Counted from the first letter of the stretch, positions 11,746 through 25,645 are shown. The stretch is 64,000 nucleotides of DNA from Octopus vulgaris (GCA_951406725.2 OX597821.1:55738001-55802000); one strand, 5' to 3'. Translations and numbers: made by a program. The notes: generated by a model from the sequence alone, not told the origin.

Positions 11746-12299
11746 TAACTGATTTCCACAACTATACACAGTTTAACTTTTCTGTCCTATGTATGAGTAA
11801 CTGTGCATGTGTGTGTATGTGTGAATATATGTATACGACTATATATAAATATATTTACATATCAAGTATAAGCGCATACATATTCACACACAAATATATA
11901 GGTATATACGCATAAATATCACTGATGTGGTAGCGTTATTATTTTTCATAAATAGCAACGTTTGCTATAGGGTATACAAAAGTATTTTAGCCGTTACTAC
12001 CTTCATAATAATTTTTAAAATTAATTTAATTCACTAGACAGATAAGACATTAGTAAACATGTCATATTTATTGTATCATCTCAGCAAGGACAGAAAAAAA
12101 TATATATGTGCCTTTATGTTTATGTGTGTGTGTGTGTGCGTGATGTCTATCTGTTTGTATGTATGTGTGTATAAGTGTGCGTACGCGCGATGGTTTGTGT
12201 GCGTGTGTATACCATTATTCGATTTCTATAAAGTTTTTCTTTATTCGGCTGTAATATTTTTACTGATACGTGTCTTGTTGCAGGTACCCACATAAGATA

Positions 12300-13600
12300 T
12301 ATTTTCATCTACCTCTATATACCTATAACATTCCTCATCAGATATAGGGAAACAGTTAAGTCATTGGTGGAGTTGATGGAGATACTGTTAGTCTGGTTTA
12401 CAGTTTTCCCTCTTTTCACAACCATTTAGCAACATTTATCCTTACCAAACGCCAACCCTATAATCTTTGAGAATGTTGTAACCAGGTCAAGGCTCTTTTT
12501 CATTTCATGCATTTTCTTGGCAAATAGTTTCAAGTCATCCACAAAGAAACAGTGTGTATTTTTGGTATTTCTGTTTCCTTGTGAACGAGTGAGATATCGT
12601 TCAGACTTCCTTAGTAACAATGACGAGAGATTTACAGAAAGTATAAACAGTATCACAGAGAGGCTGTCCCCTTGGAATATACCACTATGATGTATTTTAT
12701 CAGTGATAATACAACCACTCCTAACATTTTACTTCAAAATGGTAGCCCATGATGAAACCAGGTGAGCTATTGTTTTGACTAAGGTCACTGGAAGTTTGGC
12801 AAGTCGAAGGGCATCTAGCAGACTTAAAGGCTTTCTTGGAGTCCAGCCTGATTAACACTAGGTTCTTCTTATGATCCCACACTCCTGAGATTACAGTTTT
12901 GTTCATTAACAATTGTTCGGCACATCCCTAGATCCCCTTCTTCCCATGTGCTTATTCTTGTGATAATAATATTACTTTCTCAATGGTTGTGGAGGAAGAA
13001 TTCTAAACTTGTTGCATATATTAATTTCTGGCATGTGGGTGGTCCTGCTTTGGGGCTCACTTTTGTCTCTGCCAGAGCTAAGCAGTGTGGTATGCTACTA
13101 TTCCCATCGAGACCTTGAAAAGATATCATCGGTAGAAGGTACCAGTATCCAATAATGAAGTCTATTCAAGGTGCATTTCCCTCCTGAATTTTCTGGATTA
13201 TAGTCACAAGGGCATTACCATCAATGCTGTAATTCTTATGCTCAATGCAGGGACATTTATAACTTCGAATTTATATCAGCTATATTGCGACTCGGTTAAA
13301 TTCTATCTCTTCACTCCTGATATTCCTCCAGAAGGAGTCTATCTCTTCTCTTCTCATAAAGTAGCTTCTATGATATTTACTGATTCTCCTCTCATGTCTC
13401 TGTATACTGCTACCTGGTCCTGGTACCGGTTAAATTCTTAGTTGTTTTTCTTTCGGTTATTCTCCTCCGATGTCAGAGTTTCTCACTGACAGATTTTAGC
13501 TCCTGCTAGAGGGTTATCAGTTCGCATTTCAGTATTCTCTTTTTGCTATCTACAAACCACTTCTATCTCCTTCTTCACTTTTTCTTAGCGTGACGTATAG
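12300..13600 (-). mobile_element. R4/Dong-like (REL-endonuclease) non-LTR retrotransposon RT fragment
   Basis: Minus-strand peptides LDSKKAF, GIFQGDSLSVILFILSVN and HCFFVDDLKLFAK...LDLVTTFSK; multiple stops. Confidence 0.85.
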
Positions 13601-13739
13601 TGATTTACTCATTTGCAAGCAATAAGCATCGTCACACGGCTGATAGTTTCCCGTAATTCAGCTAAATTTTTCTGTCTTCAAAATCCCATAATGGCACTTT
13701 CTTCGTTGTTTCGGTTTTGTTTACTTTTGAGTATCGTTC

Positions 13740-13845
13740 ATGTATGTGTGTGTATGTATGTATGTATGGATGGATGGATGGATGGATGGATGGATGGATG
13801 GATGGATGGATGGATGGATTGCTGATGGACGGACGGATGGATAGA
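13740..13845. repeat. (GGAT)n microsatellite
   Basis: Directly visible. Confidence 0.9.
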
Positions 13846-14711
13846 TACACTGCTAACTTGTAACATGTAAGCCAGTACAACTTATGATTTTCATTGGACA
13901 CCTTGTAGGACGAATAACAAAAGCTCTTAAAGAGTGGGTGAACTAATTCAGTAGAATGGCTATCCAACCGCTGGGAGTGAGTCATCCACTACCCTTGGTT
14001 TATTCATCATTGGTAAATCTCTGCAAAACTGTGTAGGTCCCTAGCAGAAATGAAAAGCCAGATTTGTTCTAGGCATTTTCTGAGAGAAGAATCAAACTAC
14101 AGCATTAGTTAAAATCGAATAGCAGTCATTATTTACGAATGTACGGGCATACACAGACAAGACATACACAAATACACACTCACACATACACACACTCACA
14201 CGCACACACATCATATAAGCAGTTTCACATCATGAGAGAGCATGAGTTTTTTCATCATTTAATCTCGGCTATTACAAACTGTAGTAACAAAAGCTGTTAC
14301 GACTGCAGTAAGTAACAGTAGTGGTATATGTAATATATATAGTAGAATGATTTCTTGCAAAAATGTTTCCACTGATGTCGTATGAATGACTTCTTGGAAA
14401 TATAAAAACCTATTGGTAGCCTGAAGTAGGGAATTGATGAATTATATGCAAGTACTTGAACACGTATGCTTTTGTTTGGAAATGTTTCGTCTTATTGAAG
14501 ATACTTGTCAAATATTTCTTCACTGATGTTATTTTGTTCCAACATAAGGAAACTAAAGATCAATCTGTTCAATGAGACGTACATGTACAACACGAAGAGT
14601 AATACAAAATGTCCAGTATACTTGTTTTCATGGAAGGATTGTAAACGAACACGCATTTATGTATACACTTTTATAATCTAGACATGTACACTTATACCAA
14701 TATTTATACAA

Positions 14712-14820
<109 letters not shown>

Positions 14821-15099
14821 TTATTTATTTATATTTGTATTTATATTTATATCAATATTAAATGCATGCCCTAAGAAATCGCACGACTCTACCGCGACGT
14901 ATCATTTGATGAAAGGATGAGCATATATCAGCAGAATGCGATATCCTAGATCCGCTGAAGTCGATTTTACCAGACAGTTTCATGCTCAAGAACTTAAGAA
15001 AACTAATCTCAGCATTCGTCACTAAGGCTGGTCGGATTTTTACCACAGAAAGTTAGAAAGTTTCACATCCAATTCATAGATATCGTACAAAATGGATAG

Positions 15100-15550
15100 A
15101 AAATACATGGCAGAAACTCAGAAGAGAGCTTTCTTTTATTATTCTCCTTCAATAAGTATGAGCCAGGGACCTATAGAGTGGCAGTGCACTGGCGTGCATG
15201 TGAGTTTGAGTTGGTTGAAAAGTTTATCGAAGCAACTGTGCATGTTCATTAAATAGCCAATGGAAGACAGAGAAACGTGTGATGTGCGAGGATATCATAC
15301 GATAACAGCACATAGACGGACATGTGGAAATATGTGGGCACGAGAGAAAGTCTTTTCAAGGATAGATTTAACAACTACAGATTCTCCTTTAATATCCAGA
15401 GAAATATGTATGTCACAGCCTTAGCAAACCACATATGGTCATTGAAACAAAGCACCACAGTAAAGATTAGAGAGTACTGGGGATGTACGCAACATACTTC
15501 AATAGCATTAGCAAACGCAGGTTATTTTTTCGGCAGAGAACTCTCTTAAA
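15100..15550 (+). mobile_element. Penelope-like element GIY-YIG endonuclease fragment
   Basis: KYVGTRESLFKDRFNNYRFSF...TALANHIWSLK matches the PLE pattern YIG.T...FK.R..NH..SF...TAL..HIW.LK. Confidence 0.75.
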
Positions 15551-15569
15551 TCGGCCTTCACTTCGTGTC

Positions 15570-15685
15570 ACATGTGAGATTAAGGGAACAACTTCAGGAT
15601 TTCCTGAAAGGAGGAGTTATACCTAACTGGATAGCGAGAGGGAGAACAGTACTCACTCTACATGAAAGACAAAATCAAGGAAGAT
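15570..15685 (+). mobile_element. Short R4/Dong-like LINE fragment
   Basis: HVRLREQLQDFLKGGVIPNWIARGRTVL resembles the pre-RT motif P.W...GRTVL of this clade. Confidence 0.6.
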
Positions 15686-15864
15686 ATAATAAGGTTATTA
15701 ATTGTAGCCCGATGTTAGGAAGTTTTTTTTTTCTTTTCCAGTAGCCTAATCTGATGTGTGACATCGATATGGAATTTAGATGGGTAGTTGCAATTGATAT
15801 ATTAGGCTTCGTATATTTGTCGCTTTGATGGCACATGCGACTTACTCAATAATAAAAAATAAAT

Positions 15865-16480
15865 ATGGTTTCGGATTTTTCCACAAGGGCAGTCATTTTA
15901 GAGGAAGGGATGTGTCGATTACATTGATCTCATTGTTCAACGGGTACTTATCTACCTCCAAATGATAACAGGCAAAGACGACCTCGGCGGAATTTGAACT
16001 CAGAACGTGGTGACAGACGAAATACCTATTTCTATTTCTTTACTACCCACAAGGGGCTAAACACAGAGGGGACAAACAAGGACAAACAAACGGATGATTA
16101 AGTCGATTATATCGACCCCAGTGCGTAACTGGTACTTATTTAGTCGACCCTGAAAGGATGAAAGGCAAAGTCGACCTCGGTGGAAATTTAACTCAGAACG
16201 TAGTGGCAGACGAAATACCACTAAGCATTTCGCCCAGCGTGCTAATATAACAATGATAATAATAATAATAATCTTTCCTACTGTTTTCTACTCTAGGCAC
16301 AATAACCGAAATCGATTAGATCGACTCCTGTACGCAATTGGTACTTAATTTATCAACCCCGTTAGGATGAAAGACAAAGCCGACCCTTGCGGAATTTGAA
16401 CTCAGAGCGTAAAGACAGACAAAATACCGCTAAGCATTTTCGCCCGCCGTGGTAACGTTTCTGCCAGCTCGCCGCCTTAA
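15865..16480 (-). mobile_element. Three stacked SINE family A copies
   Basis: GGAATTTGAACTCAGA or a close variant recurs at ~15990, ~16182 and ~16391, each with flanking family-A sequence. Confidence 0.88.
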
Positions 16481-16679
16481 CAATAACGATAATAATGACG
16501 ATGAGGTTATTGCTTGTTGTTGTTGTTGTTGTTGTTTATCGCCAGGACTTGACATGACGCGAGCGTTCTGAGTGATTGACTTGTTTTCATTGTTATAAGT
16601 CTATACTTGTTTCCTTTTTTTTTTGTTTCAGAGTGTGTCTTATTTTGAGCGGACCATCAAGTTCTGAGCAAACGTTAAG

Positions 16680-17500
16680 GTCATCTGCCCTAAGGGGAGA
16701 AAAGGAAGGCATTTCTTTTCGAAATACTGTTTACAAATTCAATATATAGAGCCTTCTACGCGAAAGAAAAGAGATTGGTGGGAGGGAGTTTTGAAGGTGA
16801 AATTACTTTTCACAGTCAACCTTACCTAGCTGAAGTAAAATACGTGGAAAGATGTACTAACAGTAGAATCAACATTAACAACAATAACAATAGCAACAAT
16901 ATTATTGCCACCAACACCGACAAAAATATACAAGCCAAAGCATCTGAAAACAGCTTCCCGGGTACCACGACCGCCGTCGCAAAAGCCCACAAAAGCAACG
17001 ACAAAAATGAAGAAGAAAATCGCGAAAAAGAAAAACGAAATTCTTCACACATAACAGGTGCAAAATCAACCACTACTACCATTAACGCCAACAGAGTCGC
17101 AGAAAATTACAAAAAAAAAAATTGACACAAATCCACTATTTACTGTTCCGCAGCTGTATGTGTCATACAGAAGAAAATAAGAATCTGGTGATGGACGATT
17201 TAAGAAATTCCAGAAATATATTAAAAAGAAATGGAAGAAGAGTAACACTTAACACTCCTGAAGCCATTGTACAGGATGCACTGTGAAAAACAGTAACACA
17301 TAGAACAATAGAAATAAAGAGTCGTAGATCAGATCTACACCGCAGCAGATTGAAAAGTGTCTACGTCCAGTGTGGGATAGAAAAAACTTACGTTACAAGA
17401 ACGAAAATATATGGCATTGTAGATGTGAGATTTACAACAGGGGAGGAGGGGAGGAAACACTCCATCTCAGAGTCGTGCACCATAACGGAAAGAATTGGGT
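16680..17500 (+). mobile_element. Decayed L1/Tx1-like ORF1 region
   Basis: Thr/Asn/Lys low-complexity ORF 16775-17125 with a layout similar to 5880-6960 and 36480-37500; the knuckle is not recognisable. Confidence 0.35.
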
Positions 17501-17733
17501 TTCTTTAGAAATTCAACTCTAGAAACTTCAGCCGAATAGCATACGCAGTCTGGCGATTGATTCTAATACAGGAACAAAATTGAAGTAACTACGGTAGAAA
17601 AGGCCCTTTATATTTCACTTTATATGTCTGTGTGTGTGTGTATATATATACCTACATATACAGATGCACACGTAGGCGAACGTACACAGAAGCTGGCGCG
17701 CACGTATGTGTCTCTGTGTGTACGTGTAAATTT

Positions 17734-18089
17734 GTTGGATATAAAGATTACCCTATGATATTATTACTGCTTCCGTCACTAATAATTAATAATTAATAAT
17801 CCTGGTGGCTAATTTGGCCATCAGCGTCTGAAAAGATGCTGGAATTCTGTATATCGATGTATCGCGATTTTACTGGACTGGCATGCGGTGAGTGGTGCTT
17901 TTCACTGAGATCCCATAGGCGGAAATCACGTGATACTGAAATTCCTGTACCCATGACAGAGGAATATCTTCTGCTACGATCTATGTGTGGGCTTTTACTC
18001 GTCAAGCGCTAATATGAGAGTATCTCTCGAGGCATCTATGTTAAGTTGGATATAAAAGTAACCTTTTGGTACTAATACTGCTTGCTTCC
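17734..18089 (+). repeat. ~311-bp direct-repeat unit containing a degenerate hammerhead motif
   Basis: GTTGGATATAAA..TACC...TACTGCTT occurs at 17734 and 18045; internal TTTCA CTGAGA ... GAAA TCACGTGA TA CTGAAA at 17900-17942. Confidence 0.55.
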
Positions 18090-18200
18090 GACACCAACCC
18101 CTAATATATGTGCGTGTATGTATGTGTATGTGTGAGTGTATTTATGTACGTATATATGTATACATACCTACATATATATATATGTATGTATATATGTATG

Positions 18201-18245
<45 letters not shown>

Positions 18246-18405
18246 ATAAATATTAGGAATAAATCCAAATTTACAGGAAAAAATATAGGATATATATAGT
18301 AAAATATATAAAATATTATTACCACTATTTTATAATGAAACTGATATATTGTATATATAGTCTTTCCTTGTTTGTTTTGCAAAATAGTGGTTTTGTCTCT
18401 AATAA

Positions 18406-18469
<64 letters not shown>

Positions 18470-20474
18470 ATAATTACAAACTCATTTGCACGTACATAAT
18501 TTTAAAACTTGTATGTACTTCTATTAGCTTGAGTGCATGTGTATGTGTGGGTGCGAGTGTGTGTGCGGGCACGTGCGTAATAAGACCGAGCGTGACAGAG
18601 GCAAGCCTTTCTTTTGTTTTCTTTAAGTGATATTGAACAAAAAATCCAAGTAAATAATTCTTTCGAGTAGTCACGAATGTAATTTAATGAATGCTGCGAA
18701 TTGAACCGTGAAATTACTGATTCATACTTCAATTCAATAAATATGTCTCTCCTGCCTACGAATTGAGAAGTGGGCATCTGGTAGAAATTGAAATAACTAT
18801 TTATTCACAATTTTTTGTTGATTCTTGTTTTGTTTTTTCATTGCTTAAGACAATTGAAAATAATTGAATTGCTAAAAGCATTTATTGAGCTTTCTAGTAA
18901 GTCTTTTGTTTAAATATTCAATTATTTCTGATTCTCAGACAAATTCAGACCCCATTAATGATACGTTAACTCTTTCATAATTTAGATGCAGTTTTTAGAA
19001 CATTATGTTGGTTATCAAATACACGTTTGATGAACTTTAACCTGAGCTTCAAAAAATCTTCATTCCAACAAAAGATCGTTCATTCCAACTTCAGTTTGTA
19101 TGCTTGTAGCTATAGAAAAATATTAGTAATTAATTCAGAGTATTGTGAATTATTATAGAGATAGCAAGTAAGAAATGGGGGAGGCGTGTGATTTGAATAG
19201 AATAGCGGATATGTTAAGTCATTTGATACATATGATTTACAGAGAGCCAAAACAACTGGATACTGATTAACACATAGAAGGATACAACCGGAAGATTAAA
19301 ACTTCATAGTAAATATAGTTAAATCATGTAATTCAAATATTCTTAGTTGCAGGTAGGTACTAACGAGTAATTCTGCATCCTAATATAAACATAGATAACA
19401 GTGTAGCCTGAATAAACGTTTAATTAACTTGCATTAGCTTAGTTTAATTTCAAATTAGTTTAATTTCAAATTAAAATCTAGAAACAGATAAGTTCTGTCA
19501 AGCTGGCTTAAACAACTTATATGAAAACGATGAGTTCAGTACTGCACCCTAAAACCTAAGAAATCATGTGACTTGTATACATGGTTTTCATTAAATTTTC
19601 ACTATCACACTTAAGTATACCACACTGAAGTATACCAAACCGTACAGTAAAAGTATTGTCAGTTGGCATAATAAGAGAATACACAACTGTTAGAAAGGCT
19701 AAAAACTTATAATGACAACGTTGTTATAACCTATTATTATATTTCTCAGCATGTTTCTAGATGTAAAATATTCAAGATTACGATATTGCCTATATCTAAG
19801 TCACATATAAAATCCCTCACATGATTCATGATTTATTATGAGAAAAATTTTTTTATTTTGTTTACATAATAATAATTTAGTTTGTTGTTAAACAATTGAT
19901 AGCAGTTAAAGCTTAAAATTATTGAAATTATTTGAACACAGCAAAAAAAAGCACACTTCACGAGCAAAGTGTGAAATACAGCATGCATCACTGTAATCAC
20001 CTTCAATTTTCTGTGGCAAAGTTCGATATCAGGATATCCTATGTAAAAGAATATTGTAAATAATTTCAGAACAAACATCCCAATCTTGTTTGTGCTCTCT
20101 CTCTCTCTTTCTCACTCTTTGTTTTATATATATATACATATCAATGATATTAATACGCTCAGTTTTTTTTTTTGTTTTTGTACGTATCTGTGGTGTGTGT
20201 CACATTTTAAAGGAAGTTGTGAATGACAAAGTGTCTGAGAGAGAGAGAGAGAGAGTAAGACAGAGAGAATTAAGAGAGAAACAGAGAGAGGGTGAGAGAG
20301 AAACAGAGAGAGTGAAAGAGACAATGAGTAGTGATGATGTTCGTTTTGTAGTTTTAAATGTTTATCACATCGCAAGAAAATGAGATGCATAGATCGAAAG
20401 AAAAGTTGATACATCGATACTTAAACGCAGCAAATATTGGATGTCACTTTCACTTCTCATTACCACACGAGGAT

Positions 20475-20935
20475 ACAATTAACACGCAAGTGGTTGAGTA
20501 TTTCACGAACATGCATATAATTAACGTAGTTCTCAGAGAGATCCAGTCTCACACAAAATATGACATCACTAGCCCCTTTGAATTACAGCTGCAACTCGTT
20601 TTTGCCAGCTGTATGGACTGCAGCAAGGTGAAATAGATTACCTTGCTCTTTATCTGATCAACGGAACAGTCTGCTCGTAAAATTAATGCGTCAAGTGGCT
20701 GAGTACTCTACAGACATACATGCCATAACGTAGTTCTCAGGGAGATTCAGCCTCACTCAGAATGTGACAAGGCCAGCCCCTTTGAATTACAGCTACAACA
20801 CATTTTTACCAGCTGTTTGGACTGCAGCAAGGTGAAATAGAATACCTTGCTCAAAAACACAGCGCTCCGCAAGGAATCGTACTCATAACTTTTCGATCGT
20901 GGGCCGAATACCCCTAAGTACTGAACCTCGCACCT
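20475..20935 (-). mobile_element. Two tandem SINE family C copies
   Basis: AACGTAGTTCTCAG...CCCCTTTGAATTACAGCT...GGACTGCAGCAAGGTGAAATAG occurs twice; tRNA-like head on the minus strand at ~20860-20935. Confidence 0.75.
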
Positions 20936-21284
20936 TCACTTTCCGGGTGCTCTCTAAACCTGCCAACCAACAACGCCCTTCCCCTCCATTGGTCATTTGA
21001 AGCTTAGAAAATCACGTGACAGCTGGTGCTGGCTGCTGAAGCCTACCGGCGAGTATTTAATTGAAGATTTGGTGGGATGGTCAGTCGCCCGCTGACATTC
21101 GTTGACGCTGCATCGAAGAAACCAAAGAACAAAAGGAAAAAGGAGTAAGTAGAAACCCACTTAACATCAGAGCTGAAGACACCAAAAGGAAGTGGGGCCG
21201 TCACGTCAAAAACGGTAGAGGAATACGGACTGAAACCGGACGTGGTTCCTCCTAATGATGTCTTTAGCCACTGGATCCTATAAA

Positions 21285-21337
21285 GGAGCTGATGAGGTAG
21301 CGAACGACGAAACGAGGTTGGAATTCCTCCCCCCTCC
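21285..21337 (+). ncRNA. Degenerate type-I hammerhead ribozyme motif
   Basis: GGAG CTGATGA GGTAGCGAACGAC GAAAC GAGG-TTGGAATT-CCTC CCCC CTCC. Both core boxes are intact and helices I and III can pair, but the cleavage triplet is replaced by a C run. Confidence 0.5.
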
Positions 21338-22089
21338 CAATGCTCCCTACCGAGTAAACATATGTAGCATAATACAGTTGCTTTCTAAATTTTTGTTTAT
21401 AAAATATAAACTATTTCGAGTCAGAATTCAATGGATTTCATTTTTCGTTTCCATAATACAAACAACAGTATTTGTTCGCCGCACTATTCTAGCATAACAA
21501 AACAGTGATAGGAATACTCCAGGTGTTTTTACTGTTTTCCCTTATTTCCCACTGCAGCTATTTTCCAGAATTGGAATCTTCATCAAATATTGACTTATCA
21601 TTTCAATTTCCTGTCTATTCTCAGTGTATGATTCCTAATTGTATTGATTATTCTATATCTCAATTTGGTCGATATTCTTTAGAAAATCTCATGTTCTACA
21701 TGCATAAGTTGTTCCAATAATACATGTGATGTTTATTCTTATATAAGTCAATAATAATGCAACAATGATTACCTTGTAGCGAGTTGTCCATGATTTAATG
21801 TGATGAGAAGCAGATTATGCACAGGCAATAATTACGTAGATACGTAAAATGTAATGATACATTATGTATAGTGTTGTCATAAAGTCTAATGTCTTCATCA
21901 CCAACAGTACTGTTTCTTTCCAAAGACATACATAGTTCAATATGTCAATTCCTACTTCCGTAGTGCTAAGCTACAGACATAAATCTTCTCGTTCGTAGAA
22001 TGTCAGTATGTGACAGTCACTCTTTTGCTGAATTAAACTCAAACTTAACAGTCGACACTTCAGTTCTACACTAGTTTATTACTCTAAGC

Positions 22090-22407
22090 CAGAGGTTCTC
22101 AGACATTTTGGACTACCACCACCCTCATGGCCACATAATACCCCCAGTTCCTTCACCCCTATTTTTATGTTTAAATAAATATTTTATATTTTACTAATGT
22201 ATATGCTATGACTCATTTGGTATTTGATATAATATATAATTTGTATACAATACTATAATACTATTATAATAAATTCATAGTGTACCCCAATCCATTGCCT
22301 TCCTCCCAACGCCTCTTTTTTCTCTACCACCTCTTTAGGCACCAGTGCCCACCTAGACCGTCTCAACGCCCACCAGGGTGCGGTAGCACCCACTTTGAGA
22401 ATCTATA
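22090..22407. mobile_element. Possible hAT-type MITE
   Basis: Imperfect TIRs CAGAGGTTCTCAGAC ... CTTTGAGAATCTATA; no clear 8-bp TSD. Confidence 0.45.
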
Positions 22408-22634
22408 TAGTTTCTGTTTTTGTGTCACTACAAGAAAATTGTAAGTAAAATTATTAAAATACTAACAAAGAACCACTTTTTTTGGCAATATTATTGGATA
22501 AGTTATCCGCTGTCTTTGGACATAAAATTTCATATTTTTATTTCTAATAATCCCTAAAGTTTTATATCAAAAACGTAAAAAGTATTATTTTAACAGTTCT
22601 TCTATTATATGACTACCTCAACTGCATTAGGTAT

Positions 22635-23168
22635 ATTGATTTCAAATTTTGGCACAAAGACAGCAATTTCGGGGGAGGTGATAAGTGGATCACATCAACC
22701 CCAGTCTTTAAAGGGTATTTTAACGACGCTGATGTGATGAAAGGCAAAGTCGAGCTCGGCGGAATTTGAACTCAGACTGTTGACACGGATGAAATGCTGC
22801 TAGGCATTTTGCTCAGTGTAGTAACGATTCTGCCAGCCTGCCGCCTTAATTGCATTAGATATATTGGTTTCAAATTTTGGTACAAAGCTAACAATTTTAT
22901 TGACGTTGTATGTCTCTCTAAACGGATATCCTCAATCAAAGAATGAAAAACAAAGTCGACTTCCGAGGAATTTGAACTCAGAACGTAAAGATAGACGAAA
23001 TGTGGCTAAGTAATTTGTCCCGTGTGCTAACGATTCTCTGGTCACCATCTTGATGGTGATGATGATGATGATGATTTTACTCAAGAGAATGAGACACTGG
23101 GGTCGATTTCATCGACTTAGCTCCGTTTCCAAAATGGCTGGCCTGGTACCAAAATTTTAAAGAAATAT
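22635..23168. mobile_element. SINE family A cluster: two (-) copies and one (+) 3' fragment
   Basis: AAGGCAAAGTCGAGCTCGGCGGAATTTGAACTCAG at ~22741, a second copy at ~22950, and CACTGGGGTCGATTTCATCGAC at ~23095. Confidence 0.85.
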
Positions 23169-23451
23169 TACAGCCATCATTGTCGAAGACGTAGTTTGCT
23201 GAAAAAAGAAGTGAAATAAGGGGACTTTCTAGCATTATACTATTTACAGCCAATGTCAACAAACGTTGTGTGTCTTTCTCAACTGATATGCTGAAGCAAA
23301 TATTTACACCTATTCAATATTTAGAACCACTTTTTGACTTAATCAAATACAAATATTGATTCTCTCACAAAGTGTTAAACCACAAAGGATTACAGTTTCC
23401 CTTTCAACACCAACAGCAAGAAAATGACAGTGAGTATGAAAACACACACAC

Positions 23452-23524
23452 TTACATACATACATGCATACATACATACATACATACATACATACATACA
23501 TACATACATACATACATACATACA

Positions 23525-23557
<33 letters not shown>

Positions 23558-23568
23558 GCATACATACG
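23452..23568. repeat. (TACA)n microsatellite
   Basis: Directly visible. Confidence 0.95.
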
Positions 23569-24650
23569 CAATGCTGAAAAAACATTTATAAAATTATGAA
23601 TTACTTAGAGCTAGGATACAAGCCAATACAATGAAAAAATAAACCTGTAGTGCACGATATTGAAGATAAGAGATTGAAAAATATTCTACACAATAAAGTA
23701 TATTCGCTAATTCTCTTAAAGAAACTTATCATTAATTCTTATCTGTTATCATAGTTCATATAATACAGCGATGGAAGTTTATTAAATGTGACTCTTTAAG
23801 CTATTAACAAAGAATAACTTTTTTAGTTACACTAATTACTAATTTGGTTGCCTTTTATTTGCTTGTACTGTGATAAACTCTCAAAATATTCGTTCTTTCT
23901 TTTCTCAGAATATGATTCTTTCTTTTCGCCAATTTCAATCAATAATCACAGTCATTACTTGATGCAAGAGAATGAATTATAGTGGGACATTATTCAAATA
24001 ATAGTTATGTAGAACTATATATAGATAAAGTAAATAAAAGGGTGTAGACAGTGAAAGAAGTCAAACGTATGTACAAATAATGCTTGAGAATAAAACAAAG
24101 ATCAGAGACATAAAGATAAGGTGATAGAAAGGACAGAGAGAGGAAGAAGGAATACACACACACACACACACACATAAATTGATACGAAAAAGAAGAGAAA
24201 GGAAACAGGGAAACTGTATTAGTATGTAAAACAGAAATGTAGCGTAATGATAAATATGAAACAAATTCAGAAATAGCAACGAAAACAACGGAAATATGAC
24301 TGGACTAATTGGTGGGAGTGACAGATACGCAGAAATGGAAAAGAAATGAAAAAAACATTTGATTAAAATAGGAGAAAGAGACATGATAGACACAGAAAGA
24401 TGCAAATATAAAACATACGACCATAGAGTATGTCGCGGGTGGAGATTTAGGAAATCTAGTTAACTTTTCATATCGCTGATGCAGACAAATTTAAAATGTA
24501 ACGTATTTAGTAAAACCAGTTATGATATGTGTTCAAAGATCACCATGTTCCCTAATCAACAACATAATTAATGCCATCCAGACACTAATTTTGAAAGGAC
24601 ATTACCCGAATTGTATATTTTTCTTTGTATGTACACATATGCTTATGTAT

Positions 24651-24676
<26 letters not shown>

Positions 24677-24681
<5 letters not shown>

Positions 24682-25440
24682 AGTTCAGCAAAATTTAGAT
24701 TCAGATGAATATGGTACTTAAGTTAAAGGCACCAGAATTTTGTATGGTATTATCCATATAAATCAAATGGGGTAATTATAATCAAAATGAGCAACAAAGA
24801 TATCCAAGGTAGTGTAGTACAATTGCTTCATGCTACTTCATTTTATTAAACACTGTAAGTATTACATCAGTTTTAAAATGTCGAGCAATCTTCAGCCACA
24901 TAGAATTTTTCAATTAAACTAACAATGCACATTATTATACATTTGCCAACATTACAAAGAGGGTAGATATATAGACAGAGAGGCTAATTTCATCATTAAG
25001 AACAGGATGGTAGTATGTTCGTTCTCCATCTGTAGATTTTACCACTAAGTTCACTTTGTTATTTAGATCTATTAGTGAGGAGGGGGCTTCTTTATTCTTG
25101 GTCGAATGAAGATAAACAAGAATTTTTCTATTTACAGATAGAGGAAGGGGTAGTACAAATGTCAAAACCATAAATCCATCCTTATTTGGGGGAATTTAGT
25201 TTTGACATATTTGAATGTATTATAGCAAAAAGCTAGTAGGCTGAAGTTAGTGGGATAGGGAGAATAGAGACTACTAATGCTCCAGAGGTTTTCAATGTCC
25301 CTTACCATTTAACAGTAAAATTTCATATTATGAATTTTAAGTAAATATCCTTTAGATAATTTTCCAAAGGATTTCAATAAATATTAGTAACTTATATAGG
25401 GATAGAAAATATAGAAATCATTTCATATTTATATAAATAA
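24677..25440 (-). mobile_element. Penelope-like element 3' portion flanked by (TA)n
   Basis: Minus-strand peptide ..RKILVYLHSTKNKEAPSSLIDLNNKVNLVVKS.. fits a PLE endonuclease C-terminus; 24677-24900 is homologous to 40185-40480. Confidence 0.55.
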
Positions 25441-25452
25441 ATACATATATAT

Positions 25453-25511
<59 letters not shown>

Positions 25512-25591
25512 TCTATTAATCTAGAATCATAATTAGTTAGTAAATAGTGATTTATTTTATTAATGAGTTCATACATATATATGAATATGTA

Positions 25592-25645
<54 letters not shown>

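Noticed and set aside
21400-22050. Possible decayed coding sequence on the minus strand
   Set aside because: No motif could be assigned and there are many stops.
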